Part shown: piece after piece, positions 6,500 through 13,744 of the stretch
Layout of the letters: each line of letters begins with the position of its first letter
Position numbering within the stretch: position 1 is the first letter of the stretch
From: a virus
Taxonomy: Duplodnaviria > Caudoviricetes
Virus record (IMG/VR): IMGVR_UViG_3300031229_000011
Coordinates: 1 to 25,605 of that record
Direction: 5' to 3' (one strand)
Length of the DNA stretch: 25,605 nt
Program-made: the position numbers and the translations under genes
Notes under the pieces: generated by a model
Database searches by the model: none
The model's input: the letters and a program-made list of their open reading frames with translations, nothing else
What the model was told of the DNA's origin: nothing

Positions 6500-6781
6500 T
6501 TGCTTGACATGAAACGGGTCACTACACGCGAATTCCTACGCAACATCAACGCAATGACAGAACCCGTCGAGGTCTACAGCCGCCAGGCCCTGAAGGGCAC
6601 CTGGTTGCCCAACACCACCTGGACGACAGATATGTCAGTCGCTCGCGAGACGGTCTCGGCCCTCTTGGCGGGATTCCGTGAAATCCCCAGCTCCGACCCG
6701 GCGATCGTCGGGGCAGACGCAGCCCCGGACGTGTCTGGAGGTACGTCCGGGGCCTCGCGTCCCATCAGGAAGGCGAAATGA
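6500..6781 (+). CDS. Phd/YefM-antitoxin-like DNA-binding protein
   Basis: start TTG 6500 or ATG 6509 after GGAGG; MKRVTTREFLRN...EPVEVYSR....GTWLP follows the Phd/YefM pattern MkxIsxrElrxn...epVxItrr....axLvP. Confidence 0.55.
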   Translation: MLDMKRVTTREFLRNINAMTEPVEVYSRQALKGTWLPNTTWTTDMSVARETVSALLAGFREIPSSDPAIVGADAAPDVSGGTSGASRPIRKAK

Positions 6782-7140
6782 AGACGATCATCGTGTTTGG
6801 CGAGAAGACGTTCAAGATCAGTGTGCCGGATGAGTCGCGCGTCTCTTTTGGGCCCTGGAGCCCACCGACCGGCGAAGGTCGTTACCAGGCGAGCGAGCGC
6901 GCTCTGTCCGGCACCCTTCGTGTGTATGAGGGTCGGTCGAAGGAGTCAAGCATCCTCGCCGTTTTCTCGGGCGTGAGTGGCTTCCGCGACACGTCGCTAG
7001 ACTTTTCCGAGGAGGTCGCCCGCGAAGAGGGCGCCATCATCTGGAAGTCAGACAGCAAGGGCTACGAGCGCGAAGAGAAGGTGAAGCGCGTGGCCGAGTG
7101 GACCGACGGCCTGCTCCCGACCGGGGAGGAGGCCGAATGA
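6778..7140 (+). CDS. hypothetical phage protein
   Basis: AGGAAGG RBS, ATGA overlap. Confidence 0.75.
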   Translation: MKTIIVFGEKTFKISVPDESRVSFGPWSPPTGEGRYQASERALSGTLRVYEGRSKESSILAVFSGVSGFRDTSLDFSEEVAREEGAIIWKSDSKGYEREEKVKRVAEWTDGLLPTGEEAE

Positions 7141-7382
7141 AGGGCGACTTCTGGGAGATCAAGTACCGCGTCCCGACAGGGATAGCGATCGAGAAGATCC
7201 AGGCCGAGAAGGATGGTTCGACGGTCGACGCCACCTTCCCTGGCCGCAACGAGACTTGGCTCATGGTTGAGGTTCTCAATAAGGCTGGCCAGACGATCCG
7301 GACGGCGCGCTTCGCCCAGTCAGAGGTGATCGCGATCGTCGAGGGCCATGAGACCCTGAAGCGTACGAAGCGATCGAAGTGA
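7137..7382 (+). CDS. hypothetical protein
   Basis: GGAGGAGG RBS, ATG 7137; MKGDFWEIKYRVPTG. Confidence 0.75.
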   Translation: MKGDFWEIKYRVPTGIAIEKIQAEKDGSTVDATFPGRNETWLMVEVLNKAGQTIRTARFAQSEVIAIVEGHETLKRTKRSK

Positions 7383-7612
7383 TTCCTCGTCCGGGCCCGG
7401 AGGCCGGTCTTCGCGGCCTGATCCACACGTTGGTCAACCCGCGGAACACCGAGCAAGACCGCTGGCTGCTGCGGCTCGCGCTCCTTCAGGAAGCGGGTGT
7501 TGAGCCGACGCCGGAGGCACTGGCGTTCCTCGGCAACACCACCATCGACAAGGCTCGTGGCGCCATGGCCGTGCTTCAGGCCGAAAATCTGGCGGAGTTT
7601 GAGGAAGCGTGA
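7379..7612 (+). CDS. hypothetical protein
   Basis: GTGA overlap; ORF track. Confidence 0.65.
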   Translation: MIPRPGPEAGLRGLIHTLVNPRNTEQDRWLLRLALLQEAGVEPTPEALAFLGNTTIDKARGAMAVLQAENLAEFEEA

Positions 7613-7645
7613 GCGGACGATGAGCATGGTGACGGGAAGCCGTCT

Positions 7646-7762
7646 GTGACCATCTGGTTCCGCAACTTTGGGTGCATGCTGCTGGTGATGGCCACAGTCG
7701 CGCTCATTGTGTCAGTCATCGCTCTGGTTCTGGTCGCGATCATCGCGGACGCCATCACGTGA
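7646..7762 (+). CDS. small single-pass membrane protein (38 aa, not in ORF track)
   Basis: GTG 7646; MTIWFRNFGCMLLVMATVALIVSVIALVLVAIIADAIT; stop overlaps GTG 7759. Confidence 0.55.
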   Translation: MTIWFRNFGCMLLVMATVALIVSVIALVLVAIIADAIT

Positions 7763-7983
7763 GCCGCCAGTCCGACGCCGGTAACGGTCCACCCTGTTCT
7801 GATGAGCCCGAGCACGGCCATCTCATCGTGCTAGCGTCTGGCCGGGGGTACTGTCCGCACAGCGGGCACCGCGAAGAGCACCACCCCCTCTTCGAGCCAG
7901 GCGAGGGCGGAATATGGCAACGGTGGTTGAGACCGACTACGGACCAATCGACATCGAAACGCGGGAGGCGACGAGCAGCATGA
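7759..7983 (+). CDS. hypothetical protein, possible Zn-binding (C..H..CPH..H)
   Basis: GTG 7759; PPCSDEPEHG...YCPHSGH. Confidence 0.55.
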   Translation: MSRQSDAGNGPPCSDEPEHGHLIVLASGRGYCPHSGHREEHHPLFEPGEGGIWQRWLRPTTDQSTSKRGRRRAA

Positions 7984-8210
7984 GTGACGGGGTCGCGATC
8001 TTCAACCCAGCGATCAAGGCGACGCATATCACCTCGGGCCACCCAGTGATTGTGCTCGCGGTCGAGGGCGCATCGGTGCTGACCGTTGACGTTGACGGCA
8101 AGCTGCACTGGATTGTCACTGACAAGGTCCAGCTCGACTGGCGCTACGACTTCAAGAAAGAGAAATGGATCGATGGCGCAGGCGTGGCGCTCGAGGACGA
8201 ACCAGGGTGA
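7980..8210 (+). CDS. hypothetical protein
   Basis: ATG 7980 in an ATGA overlap (alternative ATG 7914); MSDGVAIFNPAIKATH. Confidence 0.7.
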   Translation: MSDGVAIFNPAIKATHITSGHPVIVLAVEGASVLTVDVDGKLHWIVTDKVQLDWRYDFKKEKWIDGAGVALEDEPG

Positions 8211-8355
8211 ACGTTGCATTGATTGGCACAGTCGTTGCATTTGAAGGGCTAGTAGCGATACCCCGGGTCCGCTAGACTCGCGCCACAACTGAATAGGGCA
8301 CGCTCGGGAAATCACTGTCATCTATTGATGCGGGCTACGACTCCGAGCAGCCCCG

Positions 8356-8407
8356 AACGGACGGGGCGACAGTTTTGCAGGCTGTCGCCTCGTCTGTTTT
8401 TTTGTTT
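8356..8407 (+). terminator. intrinsic (rho-independent) terminator
   Basis: 8356-8375 pairs with 8379-8398 (20 bp including 4 G-U, which pair only on the + strand RNA), followed by TTTTTTTGTTT. Confidence 0.9.
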
Positions 8408-8414
8408 GAAGAGA

Positions 8415-8526
8415 GCGCCTGGGCCGCTCGGACACTCAGCAGGGCCTGTAGTGCCGGGTCGCGGTTCCAACGCAACTCGACTCCCTCGGGCCCGGCGTCG
8501 TTCTGAAGCGTGGAACGCCCAGGCGC
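8415..8526 (+). other. candidate structured RNA leader upstream of queD
   Basis: GCGCCTGGGC 8415-8424 / GCCCAGGCGC 8517-8526; inner stem 8453-8460 / 8489-8496; loop GTTCCA 8464-8469 complementary to TGGAAC 8511-8516. Confidence 0.4.
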
Positions 8527-8559
8527 CCAGGGCCACCATACGTCACCGGAGGGGCGGGC

Positions 8560-8925
8560 GTGGAGCATTTCGTACGGGTCAGTGGCTGGTTCGATGCGTC
8601 GCACCAGGTTCCGACCCGAGAACGGTGCCAGCGACAGCATGGTCACCGCTGGACAGTTCAGGTCGAGCGGCTCTCAGGCCGTGATCTCGACCCCACCGAA
8701 GTGGAGGAACTCGCGACAGCACTGCGGGTCGTGCTCGATGAATGGCACGACCGGGATCTCAACGAGATGATCCACGAGTTCAACGAGACGACCCCTGAGC
8801 GCCTGGCGCCATGGATCATGGAGCGCCTCCTGGGGGCAACCCAGCTTGTGACCGAGGTCGAGATCAGCGACGGCATCGCCACCGCCAGAGCACGCCGTGA
8901 TGTCGCGAACTCGCTGATTCGATGA
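8560..8925 (+). CDS. queD: 6-carboxy-tetrahydropterin synthase / PTPS family (QueD-like)
   Basis: FDASH, C...HGHRWTVQV, HDRDLNE, TTPERLAPWI motifs; GGAGG RBS. Confidence 0.85.
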   Translation: MEHFVRVSGWFDASHQVPTRERCQRQHGHRWTVQVERLSGRDLDPTEVEELATALRVVLDEWHDRDLNEMIHEFNETTPERLAPWIMERLLGATQLVTEVEISDGIATARARRDVANSLIR

Positions 8926-9563
8926 ACGAACTCGAATTCCGGACAGTCTTCGTCCACGAACTGCACCCGAACGCCTGGAACCCGAATCGGATGTCGCAGG
9001 AGGATTACGACAAGGCGCTGGTCTCGATCGAGCGCTTCGGGTTCATTGATCCGATCACCGTCCGCCTGGTCAACGAAGAGGCCACGCCATTCGAGATCAT
9101 CGACGGCGAGAACCGCTGGCGCGCCGCGAAGGATAAGGATCTCAAGACCGTTCCCGTGATCATCGTTGAGGTTGATGATGATGACGCCAAGGCGCTCACG
9201 ATCGTCCTCAATGAACTCCGTGGGCAGCCAGATCAAGGCCGTCTGGCGGCACTGGTTGCGGACCTTGCTTCGCGTCGGCCCATGGCCGAGCTGGAGCGCG
9301 TTCTCCCGTTCCGGCGCTCCCAGCTGGCGCAGATGGTCGCAGCGCGTCGCGAGGAGATTGACTGGGACAGGCTCCAGACCCCGCCGCAGCCCGTGGCTCA
9401 GGGAGACAAGGAGCCCTGGGTCGAACGGGTCTTCCGGCTACCCGTCAGTGCCGCTGCCGTGGTCGACGACGCCCTTGCCCGTGCCCGTGCCAGTGCCGGT
9501 GGAGACACCCAGGCGTGGCAGGCATTGGAGCTGATCGCCGCCGACTTCCTCGGGGGTGACTGA
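8922..9563 (+). CDS. ParB/Srx N-terminal domain protein
   Basis: LHPNAWNPNRMS...SIERFGFIDPITVR...FEIIDGENRWRAA...LNELRG. Confidence 0.85.
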   Translation: MNELEFRTVFVHELHPNAWNPNRMSQEDYDKALVSIERFGFIDPITVRLVNEEATPFEIIDGENRWRAAKDKDLKTVPVIIVEVDDDDAKALTIVLNELRGQPDQGRLAALVADLASRRPMAELERVLPFRRSQLAQMVAARREEIDWDRLQTPPQPVAQGDKEPWVERVFRLPVSAAAVVDDALARARASAGGDTQAWQALELIAADFLGGD

Positions 9564-10153
9564 TGCCAGCCCCGCGGGTCTACGACTTCATCCCGATCAA
9601 GGAGAAGTACATCCAAGGCGACCAGACCCTGAGCGATCTGGCCCGTGAGTTCGGTATCAAGAGCGCCTCGACGCTGACCCGCAGGGCTCGAGCTGAGGGC
9701 TGGGAGGTCCGACGCAACGAGTTCCGGCGCCAGGTTGACGACAAGAGCCTCGAGGTGGTCGCTGATCGGCGAGCGAAGAAGATCGCCGACATCCACATGG
9801 ACGCCCTCGAGGTCATCCATGCAGGCATCCTGAAGGTCGCGGAAGACATGCAGGCGCGCGAGCCAGTCATGGATGGGGGCATGGTTCTGCGTGACGCTCG
9901 GGGCGAGATCGTCTACCGCCCGACGGTCCGCTACAACCCGCGAGACCTGGCGATCCTGATCGAGAAGGTCCTGGTCCTGACCGGCCAGCCGTCGGACATC
10001 AACGAGAACCGCAACCTGGGCATCAATCTGTCCGCCGCCACCGACGGAGACGCGCTTCGTGAGCTTCTCAATGCCATTCGACCCAGAGCAGCTCTCGCCG
10101 GACCAGGCGCAGGCGCTCCAGGACCAGATACTTCGCTTTCTCGCTCCGACTGA
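9563..10153 (+). CDS. terS: putative terminase small subunit
   Basis: N-terminal HTH (IKEKYIQG..TLSDLAREFGI..STLTRRARAEGW); immediately upstream of and overlapping terL. Confidence 0.7.
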   Translation: MPAPRVYDFIPIKEKYIQGDQTLSDLAREFGIKSASTLTRRARAEGWEVRRNEFRRQVDDKSLEVVADRRAKKIADIHMDALEVIHAGILKVAEDMQAREPVMDGGMVLRDARGEIVYRPTVRYNPRDLAILIEKVLVLTGQPSDINENRNLGINLSAATDGDALRELLNAIRPRAALAGPGAGAPGPDTSLSRSD

Positions 10154-11486
10154 CGTCTACGCCTACGGCGAGTACGTCTTCGGCTACCCGGCCGAGTATC
10201 ACCATCGCCGGATGATCGAGTTCATCAACGATCACGTCCACCGGCGCCGCAACTGCGTGATCCTGATGCCTCGAGGCAGCGCCAAGACGACCTGGGGCAA
10301 CACGATCTGGTTGAGTCACTACATCTCGACCCACCCCGACGCGCGGATCGGGCTCGTGTCCAACACGGCCAAACAGTCGAACGACTTCTCCCGGGCTATC
10401 CGCCACGTCCTCGAGCAGAACGCTCAACAGCACGAGCTGTTCGGCAACCTGAAATCCTCCGCGAAGTGGACTGACGTCGAGTGGATCAGGGCAGACAGCC
10501 GCTGGATGGGCTCGAAGGACGTGACCCTGTACTCCGGTGGCGCCGGGTCAGCGATCATTTCCAAGCGCTTCGATCTGATTGTGTGTGATGACATCCTCGA
10601 CGAAGAGAACACCGCTACCCCCGAGGCACGCGAGAAGGTCAACACCTGGTTCTGGAAAACCCTCCGGCCATGCCTTGTGCCGGGCGGAGTGATCGTCGTG
10701 TTCGGCACCCGTTGGGCCGAGGACGACCTGTACCAGCAGCTCACCGACGAGCCCGAGAAGGGCGGTCGCGGCTGGGACTCGCTGACGGTGAAGGCGATTG
10801 AACAGGATGAAGATGGTCGCGAGTTTTCCTACTGGCCGTCGTATTGGCCCCTGGATAAGCTCCAGGAAGAGCGATCCGCGATGGGCACGGCGCTCTTCTC
10901 GTGCGCGTACCAGAACGACATCAGTGGCCTCATGGCCGGGAACATCTTCGCGAAGCGCAACTTCGACTACTTCCGGGTGCTCCCGGCTGATGCCTCGTAC
11001 ACGATCCGGATGGGCGTGGACCTCGCCAGTTCCGAGCGAGAGTCCGCCGACTACACCGCACGGGTCATCACTGCGGAGAACAACGACACGGGCGACCTGT
11101 ACGTGCTGTCCGTCTATCGCGATCGTCGTGAGGCAGGTCACGCGGAGTTCATCTTCGACGGGTGGCTGGCTTATCCAGGAATGGCGCTTGTGATCTGCGA
11201 GAACCAGATGTTCCAGTCGACGCTCGTTCAGACCGTGATGCGGGACTACCCCCGCATCCCGATCGAGGGGCGCAAGTCCGACGCCGACAAGGTGACACGG
11301 GCCCGGGCCGTCGCCGCGAAGTACGAGGCCCACAAGGTCCACCACCATGCCTCACTCGAAGACACGGACTTCGAGCGCGAGCTGCTGAGCTTCCCGAAGG
11401 GGCACGATGACTTCGTTGATGCGCTCGGCTTCTCCTTCGACCTCGCCGGTCAAGGGTTCTTCTTCGGTTCTGTTCGGAGGCACTGA
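10071..11486 (+). CDS. terL: terminase large subunit
   Basis: Walker A MPRGSAKTT, Walker B LIVCDD, motif III GTRW, YQN, nuclease GVDLA and HDDFVDA; start ATG 10071 or GTG 10059. Confidence 0.95.
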   Translation: MPFDPEQLSPDQAQALQDQILRFLAPTDVYAYGEYVFGYPAEYHHRRMIEFINDHVHRRRNCVILMPRGSAKTTWGNTIWLSHYISTHPDARIGLVSNTAKQSNDFSRAIRHVLEQNAQQHELFGNLKSSAKWTDVEWIRADSRWMGSKDVTLYSGGAGSAIISKRFDLIVCDDILDEENTATPEAREKVNTWFWKTLRPCLVPGGVIVVFGTRWAEDDLYQQLTDEPEKGGRGWDSLTVKAIEQDEDGREFSYWPSYWPLDKLQEERSAMGTALFSCAYQNDISGLMAGNIFAKRNFDYFRVLPADASYTIRMGVDLASSERESADYTARVITAENNDTGDLYVLSVYRDRREAGHAEFIFDGWLAYPGMALVICENQMFQSTLVQTVMRDYPRIPIEGRKSDADKVTRARAVAAKYEAHKVHHHASLEDTDFERELLSFPKGHDDFVDALGFSFDLAGQGFFFGSVRRH

Positions 11487-11725
11487 TGCCCCTCTTCTGG
11501 CCTGACTCCGAGAAGACCGACGACACCGACCCGAACACCTTGAAGTTCCGCGACGGCGAGCGCTCGGTCGCGCCCTACATCAGCACCCTCATGGGCGCAC
11601 TCGACACCGAGCGGCTGACCTACGAGGAGGCGATGGACATCGTTAACCGCGGTCTGACTGACGACTACGTCGCCAAGCACCATGACCGGCTGGTCGCGAA
11701 TCACCTGCGTGACTGGGGTACTTGA
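11486..11725 (+). CDS. small hypothetical protein between terL and portal
   Basis: TGATG overlaps at both ends; GGAGG RBS. Confidence 0.7.
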   Translation: MPLFWPDSEKTDDTDPNTLKFRDGERSVAPYISTLMGALDTERLTYEEAMDIVNRGLTDDYVAKHHDRLVANHLRDWGT

Positions 11726-13032
11726 TGGGGCTCTGGCAGAACATCACCAACGCCTTCCGCACCCGCCCGGTCCCCGACCCGGGAACCGCCGCCACCGTTA
11801 CCTCCAACACGCTCGGCGACCGGGGCCGAGTCGGGAAGGAGCACGCCCCACGGTATCGAGCATGGGCTGAGCGATCGGAGTGGATCAGGGCTGCGATCAA
11901 CGTCCGCAAGAGCCAGATCAGCCAGTCAGACTGGGAGGTTGTGAAGTTCGACCCGGATGGCCCTGAGCCGAACCTGGCGTTGATGAACGAACTCAAGGCT
12001 CGCTTCAACCAGCCCAACCCGGCCCAGGACAGCTGGCGGAGCTTCATCGAACCGATCGTCGAAGACATTCTCGTTCTCGACGCAGGGGTCATCGAGAAGG
12101 AGCGCACGCTCAATCGAACACTCGTCGGTCTGTGGCCGGTCGACGGGGCGAAGATCAAGGTCAACGCCTACTGGGCGGGAGACCCTGACGAGCCGCGCTA
12201 CTTCTTTTATCGCCAGCCGCTCGACACGCCGATCTCGTTCCGGAACGAGGATCTGATCTACATGATGGAGAGCCCCGCGACCTACCGGAAGGTCGGGCTG
12301 TCCAAGCTCGAGACGCTCCAGATGGCGATCGAGTCCGAGTTGTCCGGCCACATGTACAACCATCGCCAGGTCACGAACGCTGCGCCCGATGGCATGCTCG
12401 ACCTGGGCCAGGGTGCACGACCAGACCAGGTGACTGCATTCAAGCGCTACTGGGACGCCGAGGTCGCGGGCAGAGGTGCGATGGCGTTCATCGGCGGGAC
12501 AAAGGAAGCGAAGTTCATCCCGTTCCGTGGCGACAACCGCGAGATGCAGTTCATGGAATGGCAGATGTACCTGGTCCGGAAGATCTGTGCCGTGTTCGGC
12601 CTGTCGCCCCAGGACATCGCGATTACCGACAGCATCAACCGTGCGACCGCTGACATCCAGGCAGAGCAGACCGAAGACCGCGGTCTTCGGCCGTTGCTGG
12701 GGCTGATCCAGGAGTACCTGACCCGCGAGGTGGTCTGGGACCCGACGTATGGCGGCCCTGAGAACAACCTCGCCTTCCGCTTCACCCGGCTGAATCTCAA
12801 GGAGAGCCTGACGCGCGCACAGATCAACGAGCGCGCGCTGGGCCGGATCAGCTGGAAAACCCCCAACGAGGCCCGTCGACAGGACGGCCTTCCACCCCTG
12901 GACGGGGATCAGTACGACTCGCTCATTGCCCTCTCGTCTGTCGGGCCCGTCTCGCTGGCCGACGTACCGACCGCCCGAGAGGTCATGGACGCGAAGAAGC
13001 CTGCGCCCAAGGCCCCAGTCCCCGCCGCGTAA
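11725..13032 (+). CDS. phage portal protein (HK97-like family)
   Basis: position after terL; FNQPNP..SWRSFIE.IVEDILVLDAG, GLSKLE, REMQFME...RKICAVFGLSP, TPNEARRQDGLPP. Confidence 0.92.
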   Translation: MGLWQNITNAFRTRPVPDPGTAATVTSNTLGDRGRVGKEHAPRYRAWAERSEWIRAAINVRKSQISQSDWEVVKFDPDGPEPNLALMNELKARFNQPNPAQDSWRSFIEPIVEDILVLDAGVIEKERTLNRTLVGLWPVDGAKIKVNAYWAGDPDEPRYFFYRQPLDTPISFRNEDLIYMMESPATYRKVGLSKLETLQMAIESELSGHMYNHRQVTNAAPDGMLDLGQGARPDQVTAFKRYWDAEVAGRGAMAFIGGTKEAKFIPFRGDNREMQFMEWQMYLVRKICAVFGLSPQDIAITDSINRATADIQAEQTEDRGLRPLLGLIQEYLTREVVWDPTYGGPENNLAFRFTRLNLKESLTRAQINERALGRISWKTPNEARRQDGLPPLDGDQYDSLIALSSVGPVSLADVPTAREVMDAKKPAPKAPVPAA

Positions 13033-13052
13033 CCACTAGATAGGAGACATTC

Positions 13053-13541
13053 ATGGCTGCAAGCCTCAGCGTGAGGGTGTACACGGGTTCCGGCGCTGGC
13101 ACCGAATCTGGTGCCGTATCGGGCGTTGACTTCATCAGCGCCGACAACGCCACCAACTCCCTCGGCAACCGAACCGCCAACCCGATCACAGTCGGCACCG
13201 CGTCCTACGAGAAGTGGGTCAAGCTCAAGGTCGACACAGCCCCCGCCAACGGCGTCACCAACTTCATGGTCTGGGGCGATGGCGCGGTGATGGCCTCGAC
13301 GACCCTGAACTTCACCGCCGCCTACATCACCGGGGTGACCCCGACCAACGCCACCTCGACCATTGCGAACACGACCTTCACCAACTTCACCGCTGGCAAC
13401 AAGGCGCCCTGGGACGCAACGTCGTACACCGCGACGAACGCCACGACCCAGTACCTCGTCATGCAGCTCGCAGTGGAGTCCGATGCAGGGCCTGGCAACT
13501 GGACGCAGGAGACGGTCAACTTTTCTTATGACGAGACCTAA
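13053..13541 (+). CDS. putative virion structural protein, Thr/Asn-rich, 9 N-X-S/T sequons
   Basis: AGGAG RBS; beta-rich, 25% Ser+Thr; no signal peptide; directly after the portal gene. Confidence 0.75.
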   Translation: MAASLSVRVYTGSGAGTESGAVSGVDFISADNATNSLGNRTANPITVGTASYEKWVKLKVDTAPANGVTNFMVWGDGAVMASTTLNFTAAYITGVTPTNATSTIANTTFTNFTAGNKAPWDATSYTATNATTQYLVMQLAVESDAGPGNWTQETVNFSYDET

Positions 13542-13550
13542 CTCGTCAAT

Positions 13551-13630
13551 CCATGCCTTCCCCTGCCGAGGCCAACCCTGGCTCGCCATGCCTTGCCCGG
13601 CCCAGCCGTGGCCTGCCACGCCAAGGCGTA
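13551..13630 (+). repeat. degenerate pentamer array (SCNNG)x16
   Basis: CCATG CCTTC CCCTG CCGAG GCCAA CCCTG GCTCG CCATG CCTTG CCCGG CCCAG CCGTG GCCTG CCACG CCAAG GCGTA; position 2 is C in 16/16, position 5 is G in 13/16. Confidence 0.9.
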
Positions 13631-13684
13631 CAGTCTAGGCAACTTGATTTCTCCGCGCGCTGCCCAGGCGCGCTGCCTGGCGTT

Positions 13685-13711
13685 GAGCCCCTGTCCCCCC
13701 GGCAGGGGCTC
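13685..13711 (+). other. 11-bp GC-rich hairpin without a U-tract
   Basis: GAGCCCCTGTC-CCCCC-GGCAGGGGCTC. Confidence 0.7.
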
Positions 13712-13744
13712 CGCCATCTCATCTCACTCATCTGAGGGATGTTG

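Noticed and set aside
7610-7645. Stop read-through fusing 7379..7612 with the in-frame TM ORF 7646..7762
   Set aside because: Same frame occurs 1 time in 3 by chance; no recoding signal visible
8452-8500. preQ1-I riboswitch or HDV-like ribozyme upstream of queD
   Set aside because: Lacks the compact P1 plus A-rich 3' tail of preQ1-I; lacks the L3 consensus and the GG after P1 needed for HDV P1.1; kept only as an unclassified structure
8325-8770. Track ORFs 8325..8684 and 8510..8770
   Set aside because: They cross the terminator or overlap queD out of frame; no RBS or motifs
13553-13735. Track ORF over pentamer array 1 (also the N-terminus of 19218..19655 and - strand 12909..13619)
   Set aside because: The peptides are simply translations of a 5-bp-period repeat; no RBS
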